A DNA stretch of 64,000 nt, from the NCBI GenBank assembly GCA_046483735.1, contig JAWOCP010000078.1, positions 2,802-66,801 of the forward strand, given 5' to 3'. The DNA is from Dehalococcoidia bacterium (GTDB lineage Bacteria; Chloroflexota; Dehalococcoidia; GIF9; AB-539-J10). The notes beneath the pieces were generated by a model. It was not told where the DNA came from. It ran no database searches and was given only the letters and a program-made list of their open reading frames with translations. A program made the position numbers and the translations under genes. This document shows positions 35,780 to 43,900 of this stretch, piece by piece. Position 1 is the stretch's first letter. Each line of letters begins with the position of its first letter.

Positions 35780-36430
35780 ATGACAGATAACACGTTTTGC
35801 AGACACCTATCAGGCGAATCTTGCTCAGTGGTTGGGGAAAGATGCTTTAGAATACAAAGTGGGACACAGTGCGAATATATAGACTATTATGAGCGGCTAA
35901 AGGACATGGCCAAGGATACTCCTGCGATAGCCGCGAGAGCAAGGACAAGCATGATTGATTCGTTACTGGCAAGCTGGAAAAAGTACGCGCAGCATCCCCT
36001 TCCAGGTCTGAAAACAGTGGTGGCATCCCCTCTCGAAAGAATAGTGGCAGCTATTCTAAAGTCTGAATTAGAACCTCTTGGTGTAACCGTGCGTGCCCAA
36101 GAGAATTTCCCCATATGGAGTGGTACTGAGATAAGAGCGGATGGGCTCGTCGAAAAAGAAGGATTCCCCACCTCCATAATCTCAGTGAAAACATGGCTAG
36201 GACTAGGCCAAATCAGAGAGACTTTTGCTTATGCTTACTGGGCTAAAACATGGCTAGGTCAAAAACACATAAGGGTATATCATGTTGCTATCTTGAAAAC
36301 ACGCACCCTGCGTCAGACCACAGAGCGTTTAATAGAAATCTGCAAGCCTTATCTTGACGGTGCATTCTTCCTAACTGAGGCACCTTATATAGACGAACTC
36401 GTTAGGGAGCTCACGGAGTCATATTCATAG
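35780..36430 (+). CDS. orphan protein with possible restriction-endonuclease-like core
   Basis: 216 aa. Cys-rich N-terminus. …EIRADGLVEKEGFPTSIISVKTW fits a D…(S/E)xK motif. Confidence 0.45.
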   Translation: MTDNTFCRHLSGESCSVVGERCFRIQSGTQCEYIDYYERLKDMAKDTPAIAARARTSMIDSLLASWKKYAQHPLPGLKTVVASPLERIVAAILKSELEPLGVTVRAQENFPIWSGTEIRADGLVEKEGFPTSIISVKTWLGLGQIRETFAYAYWAKTWLGQKHIRVYHVAILKTRTLRQTTERLIEICKPYLDGAFFLTEAPYIDELVRELTESYS

Positions 36431-36616
36431 CGGGAAGCTCAGGTTTCTGCGAACTAGCCAGCGGATTTGGAATATCAGAAGAATGCTAGCAAGGTACGGG
36501 TACCGAAACCTTAACCTTCTCGATGGCAGTTACGGTGGCATAGCCTTGACAGCTAGGTAGGTGATACGGAATTCAACCAGGATAAGTACTCACGCCCATA
36601 TTGCGACAACTGCAAG

Positions 36617-37039
36617 GTGATATACCCCATCGGAGCTGTAGGTCGTGTTACCCACTGTAGTAAATGTGGTGGACCCCTACTGATGAAGTCATTCAACCCT
36701 TGGCCAAAGGCCATCGGGGCTGTTGTGCTCATTGGTGTTGGATTGATTACCCTACTCATCGCAGAGATACCCATAATCTGGATTGGAGCCTTCATTTGGG
36801 CAATAGGGTTGCTAATCAATGGATTCAGGCAATGGTCCAAAATCAAGGACCTAGATAATCCTCGTAGATCTCAATATATCGCACCTCCAAACCCTGTTAG
36901 AAAAGAACCAAAGGAAGACCGAAGGCATGTTGTTGTGAACTGCGGAGCGTGCTTCCACCAATATCGTGTCCGCAGAGGGCAAGGTATCATAAAGACCAAA
37001 TGTCCGAGCTGTGGAAGAGAAGTACGAATGAGCACGTAA
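36617..37039 (+). CDS. zinc-ribbon / two-TM / zinc-ribbon membrane protein; 5' end unclear
   Basis: CSKCGG, then hydrophobic helices, then CGAC…CPSCG. An in-frame CDNC lies upstream of the GTG with no canonical start (frame open from 36557). Confidence 0.45.
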   Translation: MIYPIGAVGRVTHCSKCGGPLLMKSFNPWPKAIGAVVLIGVGLITLLIAEIPIIWIGAFIWAIGLLINGFRQWSKIKDLDNPRRSQYIAPPNPVRKEPKEDRRHVVVNCGACFHQYRVRRGQGIIKTKCPSCGREVRMST

Positions 37040-37186
37040 CTATACAAACATGGCAGATGGCAACATGGAAACAGAGAGAGAACTCACCAAATATAGCCCC
37101 GAGCGTCTTCTTACCCATATCGGAAGCGGAGCCGCACTAGCTCGGTTTTGGGGTATCTTTATTGGCTAAGTAGATGAAAGGATGGC

Positions 37187-37636
37187 ATGACGGACTACGA
37201 TGCTAGGCACGATAGATATTTCTATCTAAAATGTTCGCGATGCGGGAAGCGCGTGAAGGGTTGGCTCTCAATACCTGACGCTAAGAAGCCATTCTACGAG
37301 AGAGAGAGCCACGAGTGCCTGGAATGCGGTCACGTATATTTCAGACACGATAGGGAGCTGCCTACGGAGACAGCTGCAAAACTCAGGGCTGAACTTGGTG
37401 AGCCCTACGCAATAGCCCAATGCCCACGATGCGGGGGTAAGGTACACTGCTACTCGAAAAGGATTGATACAGCTAGCAACAAGGAGGCCTTCAGGAACGA
37501 TATAGATCGCGTCTGTGAACACTGCAACTCCTGGCACACGGAGTCAACGACACAGCTGACCCTGGAATTCGTGAACCAGCAGAGAAGCTGCGAGGGACTC
37601 CGTCCCTTGCCCCATTTCCCAGATTGCACCGGGTGA
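37187..37636 (+). CDS. multi-zinc-ribbon orphan protein
   Basis: 149 aa with CSRCG, CLECGH, CPRCGG and CEHC. Confidence 0.5.
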   Translation: MTDYDARHDRYFYLKCSRCGKRVKGWLSIPDAKKPFYERESHECLECGHVYFRHDRELPTETAAKLRAELGEPYAIAQCPRCGGKVHCYSKRIDTASNKEAFRNDIDRVCEHCNSWHTESTTQLTLEFVNQQRSCEGLRPLPHFPDCTG

Positions 37637-37698
37637 GTTCATCTGCCACCAGCCTCCCGTAGATGTGGGATACCCACTGATGAACACATGATGAGGTA

Positions 37699-37726
37699 TT
37701 GACAATTCCTTCGCTATTGATAGAAT
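37699..37726 (+). promoter_or_regulatory. sigma70-like promoter (TTGACA-16-TAGAAT)
   Basis: Perfect -35 at 37699-37704, a 16-nt spacer, and -10 TAGAAT at 37721-37726. Lies upstream of the 37869 gene. Confidence 0.5.
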
Positions 37727-37868
37727 AGTTACATAGGACTAATATAGGATTCGTGGTTAAGGGTGTGTCAGAGAATTGTCATAGCCTCAAGTATGTTCAG
37801 CCCGGATCCGACACTGGCCACAATTTCCTGTCCTATGGCAAACCGTGTCAATGGAGGGCGCGTATACA

Positions 37869-39299
37869 ATGGCAATAGAGGACCGGGATTACTTGAGAGG
37901 TAGTCATCCTCCTAACTGCTCCTGTGTTGATTGCACGAATAGGAGACTCAGAAGTCTCCGAAAAGAAACCAATACGAGCTTCAAATCCAACCGACCGCGG
38001 TCTGACAAGAACCCTGGAGCAAAAGGGGAGAGTGGCAACGCGGGGTGGAAGGCCTCTAATACTAGCCCCAGTTTTCCGGATTGGCTGAAAGCTCTGCTAT
38101 TGGTATTCGCGGCTTCGATTGTGGGTCTGACAATCAGCACGTTCGCCGAGAGTTACTTGCCGTTCTGGCCAGTTTTCGGGTTCTCTATCTTCTACTCCAT
38201 TGAGAAGTGGTTCTACTATCTCACCAAGAGGTACAAAGGCCTCGGAAAGCTGTATCGACTGGTCCTGAATCTCTCGATACTATCGTTGCCAGTTCTTCTC
38301 ATCTGGTTGGCTGTAAAGCTGTTCTCGCATCAGCTTGCCCAGCATCCACTGGTCGGCAGTCTGATGTTGGTCGCGGGATTCGTTCTCTTTGTTTGGCTCT
38401 GTAAGGTTGCTGCCAAGAACAGCTGGCGATGGCCTAGTATGAAACTCACGGTGTTTTCCTTGATATGCTTGTTCCTCATCTTCTCCTTCGCTGGGGTGCA
38501 GCCATTATCCGACTACAAAGATGGTCTATTCAACTCCATATCTAACTATTTCAGAAACCCCAATCAACCTGATACGACTCCCTCTGCATCTGACACGATT
38601 CCCTCCCCGTCTGATACTACACCCTCTCCTTCTGATACGACTCCCCCTCGTTCTGACGAAATCAATTCCCATACTGGTGCATATGAAGACTACTACCTAG
38701 GTCTTGTACATACGTCGGGGGGATACCTCTCAGGGAATGGCTGTTATGACAACACAGGAGATTTCATTGTACTCATCAATAACGAAAATGCCCGTGATCC
38801 AAGCTACTTTCAATTAGTTAGCTTCCTACGACATGATAATACTGACCAGTTCCCATACATATATACAATGAGTGTACCAGGAGTGTATTACGGTAGCGCA
38901 GAAAGTCACGTAGATTTAGAGCACATTCAAAACATAATTGATGGGGCTGCACAACCTGGTAACCCTCATGTGTGCGCCGATTTTGCGGAGAGACTTCACA
39001 ACAACGCTGAATTGGCAGGAATCAGATGCGCCTATGTCAGCATAACACTAGCTGGAAATACTGGACACGCGTGCAATGCCTTTCAAACAACGGATAGAGG
39101 GCTAGTCTATGTTGACGTTACTGGATGGCCGCCAGGTCAGCCACACCCAGATAGAGCAGTGTCAACGGTAAGCATTGTAGTCGGACGATCTTATACACCG
39201 GTGAGTCTATTTCACGAAGCTGGTTGGCAGGATTCGTACGTTAGCATGGGAATAGTTACCGATTTCCAAGTTGTTTGGGATGGTAGTTGGAACGATTAG
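37869..39299 (+). CDS. membrane protein with Pro/Ser/Thr tandem-repeat linker and C-terminal transglutaminase-like (Cys-His-Asp) domain
   Basis: GGAGGG lies 10 nt before ATG 37869 (track start is GTG 37845). Four to five TM helices. Linker PDTTPSA/SDTIPSP/SDTTPSP/SDTTPPR. C-terminal …CADFAERLHNNAELAGIRCAYV…GHACNAF…LVYVDVT. Confidence 0.55.
   Translation: MAIEDRDYLRGSHPPNCSCVDCTNRRLRSLRKETNTSFKSNRPRSDKNPGAKGESGNAGWKASNTSPSFPDWLKALLLVFAASIVGLTISTFAESYLPFWPVFGFSIFYSIEKWFYYLTKRYKGLGKLYRLVLNLSILSLPVLLIWLAVKLFSHQLAQHPLVGSLMLVAGFVLFVWLCKVAAKNSWRWPSMKLTVFSLICLFLIFSFAGVQPLSDYKDGLFNSISNYFRNPNQPDTTPSASDTIPSPSDTTPSPSDTTPPRSDEINSHTGAYEDYYLGLVHTSGGYLSGNGCYDNTGDFIVLINNENARDPSYFQLVSFLRHDNTDQFPYIYTMSVPGVYYGSAESHVDLEHIQNIIDGAAQPGNPHVCADFAERLHNNAELAGIRCAYVSITLAGNTGHACNAFQTTDRGLVYVDVTGWPPGQPHPDRAVSTVSIVVGRSYTPVSLFHEAGWQDSYVSMGIVTDFQVVWDGSWND
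38568..38657 (+). repeat. 21-nt in-frame tandem repeat (about 4.3 copies)
   Basis: TCTGAYACNAYNCCCTCNNCN units encoding SDT(T/I)PSP. Confidence 0.8.
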
Positions 39300-39390
39300 T
39301 TCGCATACTTCGCCATCTTCAGGATGAGGTTGTAAGGTCGAGAAAACCACGCAAATGCTAGTGGGAATCATGACCAAGGAACGGGGTAAA

Positions 39391-40737
39391 CTCAAAAAGT
39401 GTGGAAATAGTTAGCGGCAACGAGTACTCTTTCTGTTAGCAAAAAAACAGGAAGGAGGTACTCACTACCGCTATGAGAAAGCAAAGCATAACAGAAGGCC
39501 AGACGTCAAGAATAGTGTGGGACAATCTAGAAGAATGGGCGCGCAAGAAGATCCAGGAATTCGTTCAGTCTCTTTTGGAGGAGGAAGTCACAGAGTTGGT
39601 GGGACGTAAGAAGTCGGAGCGATGTAAGGCGGTGGATAGCCCGCCGGTGTACCGGAACGGCCATGGCAGAGGACGACGGCTCACATTGGGATGCGGGACG
39701 GTCAAGATTAGGCGCCCCAGGGTGCGAGGGCTGGAGGGACGTTTTCAGAGTCGGGTACTACCCCTCTTTGTCAGAAGGAGCAAAGGGATAAGTGAACTCA
39801 TACCTCAGCTTTACCTTCATGGGCTTGCATTGGGAGACTTTGACCTTGCCCTGAAAGGCCTCTTGGGCGAGGAGGCCCCTGTGTCGGCCAACACGGTAGC
39901 TCGTCTTAAGGAACGATGGCAGCTGGAGTGGGAAGAGTGGAACAGGCGCAGCCTTGCTGGACTCGAAGTTGTCTTCCTGTGGGTGGATGGAATATACGTG
40001 AAGGCAGGACTGGAGAAAGAGAAGGCGGCACTTCTGGTGGTAATCGGTGGCTTAAGCGATGGTCGGAAGACGGTACTGGCGGTAGAGCCGGGTTACAGGG
40101 AGTCGACTGACAGCTGGTCTGGAGTGTTGCGCAGCCTCAAGGAACGGGGAATGAATTGTCCTCGCGGGGTTGTAGGAGATGGCAATCTCGGTATCTGGGG
40201 AGCTTTGAGCAACGTTTATCCGGATGCCCTGGAGCAGCGCTGTTGGAATCATAAGGTGCTGAACGTACTGGACAAACTACCCAAGAGGGTCAAGCTTAAG
40301 GCCAAGAGACAACTGCAGAGCATAGTCTATTCCGAAAGCCAGCAGGATGCAGAGGAGAAACGGGATCTGTTTGTGCTCTGGTGCGAAAGAGAAGGCTATA
40401 ACCGAGCAAGCGAGACACTTACCCGGGACTGGGATAGGATGGTGACCTTCTACCGTTTCCCGAGGGAACACTGGAAGCATCTGCGCACGACTAACGTAGT
40501 GGAATCGCCCTTTGCAGCCCTCAGGTTGAGAACAGATGCAGCCAAACGGTACAGAAAGATAGAGAACGCCACAGCGGTCATCTGGAAGATGCTCATGCTG
40601 GCAGAACAGAGGTTCCGGAGGTTGGATGCGCCAGAGAAGCTCGAGCTAGTCTATCTTGGCATCGATTTACATGAGATTCAGGAAGCCAAACGGGAGGAGG
40701 TACTCGCTGTCGCTTAGCATTTTACACACTTTTTGAC
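39391..40737 (+). mobile_element. IS256-family insertion sequence (about 1.35 kb) with terminal inverted repeats
   Basis: IRL TCAAAAAGTGTGGAAA (39392-39407) matches IRR TTTACACACTTTTTGA (40721-40736) at 15/16 positions when reverse-complemented. The element holds a single transposase ORF. No clear target-site duplication was seen. Confidence 0.8.
39473..40717 (+). CDS. IS256-family (mutator-type) transposase
   Basis: 414 aa. Contains …VFLWVDGIYVK…, DG..G…AL..VYP.A..QRCW.HK..NVLDKLPK, and …F..FP.EHW.HLRTTN..ES.F. Confidence 0.85.
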   Translation: MRKQSITEGQTSRIVWDNLEEWARKKIQEFVQSLLEEEVTELVGRKKSERCKAVDSPPVYRNGHGRGRRLTLGCGTVKIRRPRVRGLEGRFQSRVLPLFVRRSKGISELIPQLYLHGLALGDFDLALKGLLGEEAPVSANTVARLKERWQLEWEEWNRRSLAGLEVVFLWVDGIYVKAGLEKEKAALLVVIGGLSDGRKTVLAVEPGYRESTDSWSGVLRSLKERGMNCPRGVVGDGNLGIWGALSNVYPDALEQRCWNHKVLNVLDKLPKRVKLKAKRQLQSIVYSESQQDAEEKRDLFVLWCEREGYNRASETLTRDWDRMVTFYRFPREHWKHLRTTNVVESPFAALRLRTDAAKRYRKIENATAVIWKMLMLAEQRFRRLDAPEKLELVYLGIDLHEIQEAKREEVLAVA

Positions 40738-41341
40738 AGGACCTCCCAAGGAACGCGAGGAATTGAGTAAAGAACAAAGAGAAGAACTACTGAATCAGAT
40801 AGAGACGTTTCTGGGAATGGGACTTGTTTCCTTACTAGTTGCCGCTATAAATTGGGGTGGACATGCAGAGGGAGGATGGGGAAACATGACAGACTGGATT
40901 GGGCGCTCAATAAGTTCATTAATAATCATTGGAGTTGGGATTCTTCTGGTACGGAAGCGGAAAACATCTTGGTTTGTTGTACCCATCCTACTAGTGATAC
41001 TGTGGGTTGTGTTTGCGCTAGGTTCGATACCTTTGGCATATACATTCTTTATCGGTATCTTTCTACTATTCCTGGTTTACTCGATATTGCTGTCCGCGTA
41101 CTATTTGTGGAGTAATCGAACAAGAAAAGTGTCACAACGGCTCAATAAGATAATCAAGCACTCCAACTATGCGAGACAGACGCTGTGGTCAGCACTTCTT
41201 CTGGTGGGAACGATAACAACTTGGAGTGCGATTCGACATCGCATCCCGGATCCTTGGCCAGACGCTGTGTTAATAGTCTGTCTAAGTGTGGTTGGGATAC
41301 TAGTCTATGCGTGGCAATCGGGCATTAGGCAAGACAAATAA
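40733..41341 (+). CDS. polytopic membrane protein, 5' end overlapped by the IS right end
   Basis: 202 aa with 4-5 hydrophobic helices. The TTG start lies inside the IS inverted repeat, so the native N-terminus may have been displaced. Confidence 0.4.
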   Translation: MTGPPKEREELSKEQREELLNQIETFLGMGLVSLLVAAINWGGHAEGGWGNMTDWIGRSISSLIIIGVGILLVRKRKTSWFVVPILLVILWVVFALGSIPLAYTFFIGIFLLFLVYSILLSAYYLWSNRTRKVSQRLNKIIKHSNYARQTLWSALLLVGTITTWSAIRHRIPDPWPDAVLIVCLSVVGILVYAWQSGIRQDK

Positions 41342-41510
41342 ATAAGGAATAGCAATCAAATAGTGGGTTGTGTGATACACCAAATCGCCATTGCACATTT
41401 GTCAGAATAGTGCAGCTTGATGTCGTCCCTCCGTATTGGCGCTGCTCATTGCCGCACCGCCTGATATCTCATTTTTCGTGTTTCTCCTGTACTGCATACC
41501 CTGTGCTGCA

Positions 41511-41559
41511 TCTCTATGCTGAATCTCTATGCTGAATCTCTATGCTGAATCTCTATGCT
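41511..41559. repeat. 13-nt tandem repeat TCTCTATGCTGAA (3 full copies plus 1 partial)
   Basis: Read directly from the sequence. Degenerate copies lie just upstream. An imperfect inverted copy (ATTCGAGCATAGAAG) lies at 41606-41620. Confidence 0.85.
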
Positions 41560-41712
41560 TTCTGCTTTGCTGGGAGTTAATGCTCGCACAGTGAAAAAGC
41601 ATAGCATTCGAGCATAGAAGATTGCAGCATTGGAGAGTGATAGGGTGACAAAGTAGTAAACGACATGGGATGAGCCCGATCTGGCAATGTGCCTTACGGG
41701 CAACAGAACATG

Positions 41713-41850
41713 CTCCTGTGCTCCTCTATGCTCTATGCTCCTATGCCCCTGTACTCTGTGCTCCTATGCCCCTGTACTCTGTACTCCTATGCCCCTGTAC
41801 TCCTGTGCTCCTATGCTCTGTACTCCTGTGCTCCTATGCTCTGTACTCCT
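41713..41850. repeat. pyrimidine-rich degenerate repeat array carrying 10 CTCCT motifs (AGGAG on minus strand)
   Basis: CTCCT at 41713, 41721, 41738, 41761, 41784, 41800, 41808, 41824, 41831 and 41846. Units are of the form CTCCTATGC / CCCTGTACT / CTGTG. Confidence 0.85.
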
Positions 41851-41995
41851 GTAATGCCTTCCCGCTGTTCTTTCTTCTCTGCTCTTCACTATTCGCTCTA
41901 TGCCCGCTCTTTTCTCCTCCCTACCCTGCACTTGCCACACTTCACCTTATGGTCACTGTTCATTCACTGATATACGATATTCTGTGCAATATAGT

Positions 41996-42067
41996 CTGTA
42001 CTTTGCCCTGTACTTTTCCCTGTTCTTTGCCCTGTACTTTTCCCTGTTCTTTGCCCTGTTCTTTTTT
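41996..42067. repeat. 12-nt tandem repeat CCCTGT(A/T)CTTT(T/G), about 6 copies
   Basis: Read directly from the sequence. The last copy forms an 8-bp inverted repeat with GAACAGGG at about 42106. Confidence 0.85.
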
Positions 42068-42600
42068 CTGGAGTGAAACGCTGTGCCCGCATAGTTATTA
42101 AGTTGAACAGGGAGCACAAGAACAAACAAGAACACTTCCTTAATACAGTCTGCAGCCGACTTGCTGTATGACCGCCCCGACAGGAACAATGTGGTGCCCT
42201 GCACACAGCAATTCATAGGGATTCTGAGGGCCGATCTTTGGCCGGCAGTGTCTTTATACCCCCCTGACCTTTTCGCCCCGTGATTCACTCCTTGCTGCTT
42301 GTTCTCAGAAAAGATTAGGCGATTTCTAGCGGCGGTCACGGGCCCGGCGCTAATCTCTTTTTCCGCTTTGCTGGGCCGGCAGTCTCAGACCAGGTTGATC
42401 ATCTGAGCTGAGTCGCCACGACGACGACCCCAGCATCGGGCCCTGCACATTGCGATGGAACGTTCAATACCGCTGCCGGTGAACAACAAGGTGTCCTATC
42501 AAGGCTGACACAATCGCTGCAAGTCGCGATCTGTGTCTCTGAAAGCGTCTTCATAATTGTCCTCATTGCTATCTCCATCAGCATCTCGTAAAATGTCTCC

Positions 42601-42840
42601 ATGAAACCTGCAAGCGATAAGCAACTTGTAGCGGTGGCACGCAGGTATAACCTTGACCCTGGCAGTCTCAAGTGCCAGGCATTTGCTTTGTTCGACCAGG
42701 GGTACTCGCCAAAGGAAGCACGGTATCTACTTCGGAGCTTCCGCGACCCTGAATATCCCCAGAGCTTCAGCAATACCATCAGGAAGTACTACTTCCTTTG
42801 GAGGAAGGCCCAAGAGCTTCAGCGGCCTAATGGAAGCTAG
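42601..42840 (+). CDS. small HTH-like protein, paralogous to the C-terminus of the 30832-32388 product
   Basis: LKCQAFALFDQGYSPKEARYLL…NTIRKYYFLWRKA aligns with LKTKAFQLFGRGKKPSDPEVKAL…NTAYRYHQTWKKA. Confidence 0.5.
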   Translation: MKPASDKQLVAVARRYNLDPGSLKCQAFALFDQGYSPKEARYLLRSFRDPEYPQSFSNTIRKYYFLWRKAQELQRPNGS

Positions 42841-43000
42841 GCAAAGGCGTGCAGGCACACAAGGAAGTGAGTATCCCCTACTACCCAACAAGATGGCTTT
42901 TTGTGCAACTCAAGCTCTCACATGCACGTGTTTATCTCGATTTCTGTTCAGTAGTAGTAATCTTAGCTTAGAATGAATTGAAAAATGGATTTGAAATGAG

Positions 43001-43807
43001 TTAGCGCATCTCAAGATGCGCCACAGTCAAACCACGGCACTTGATGGAGGGGCCGTATGCAACTTGTTTTCGACTGTTTGCAGGTATGTAGAAAAAAGTA
43101 TTCATCTTATCTTCGACAAATGGGTAGACCATACCTGGGTTACCCGCTGCAACCTTTGGCATGCCCAATACAAGCAGATTTTTCCCCACGGAAGGATTGT
43201 CGTTTGCCACGTTACGCATCGTATTGACAAGATGCCTCAACATAGTTATCGGGCCCGTGTTTCGTTCGATGCAGGTCTTAATGTTTCGATGAAGATGTTT
43301 TAGTTCCTCCTGAGCTATCTTCTGACCTACTGGAAATATCATGAATTTATTTCTGTCAGACAAACGTAAACCAAATACATTAAACTCGTCGCTTACTGAA
43401 TCTAGAAGCTCGCCTCTGGTTCCGTAAAAGTTCGATATTAATACCAAGGCAGGGCACAGTGGCCCATCTGGATTCGCACGGAGCCAACCAACCCCAACAA
43501 ATGCGTGTCGTTTGAGCTGTCCATACTTCAGTGGTATTCTAATATTCTTGAATGCTTCTGTGGATTTTCCTCTAAGAACTGTGAGCCATGTTTCAAACGA
43601 TTCAGGTAATACTGACAATAGCCAATCATCAGTTCTCTTCCCTTCAATGTAGGCAAGACCGGTATAACTGAAAGCGACATGACCACAATAGAACACGTTT
43701 TTGTTTGAATCATCATCGAACATTCTATAATCAGGCAATAGCACTAGTCTTCTGTCAGAAACTTGCATCAAGTAATCGTGAGTTAAGCAATTTAATACAA
43801 GTGTCAT
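43001..43807 (-). CDS. orphan protein with proteasome/HslV-like Ntn-hydrolase N-terminal signature (tentative)
   Basis: Starts MTLVLNCLTHDYLMQVSDRRLV…DDDSNKNVFYCGHVAFSYTGLA. Thr follows the Met directly. Asp sits at mature position 17 and Lys near 35, followed by a G.a.s.tG strand. This parallels the T1/D17/K33 arrangement. Confidence 0.35.
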   Translation of the reverse strand: MTLVLNCLTHDYLMQVSDRRLVLLPDYRMFDDDSNKNVFYCGHVAFSYTGLAYIEGKRTDDWLLSVLPESFETWLTVLRGKSTEAFKNIRIPLKYGQLKRHAFVGVGWLRANPDGPLCPALVLISNFYGTRGELLDSVSDEFNVFGLRLSDRNKFMIFPVGQKIAQEELKHLHRNIKTCIERNTGPITMLRHLVNTMRNVANDNPSVGKNLLVLGMPKVAAGNPGMVYPFVEDKMNTFFYIPANSRKQVAYGPSIKCRGLTVAHLEMR

Positions 43808-43900
43808 GATGAAACATTATAGCACTCACAATTCCGCCCACGAAAAAGAGGTCTCAGTCAGTATAGCTCCCGACGCCCTTCAAAATTCCACCGCGGCCCA

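Noticed and set aside
39384-40745. Target-site duplication flanking the IS256-family element
   Set aside because: The 8-9 nt on either side (GGGTAAAC versus CAGGACCT) do not match. No duplication can be claimed.
41670-42339. ORFs 41670-42101 and 41689-41970 (plus strand), and 41953-42339 and 41964-42206 (minus strand)
   Set aside because: Their translations are pure low-complexity (LCSYAPVLL…, KNREKYRAK…) generated by the short DNA repeats. They have no SD and overlap each other. The region is treated as non-coding.
42399-42779. 126-aa minus-strand ORF overlapping the 79-aa HTH ORF
   Set aside because: Its in-frame internal Met (the 42602-42600 ATG) shares 2 nt with the ATG of the plus-strand gene. 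The plus-strand product has a paralogue in the window, so it is preferred. The minus-strand product has no motif.
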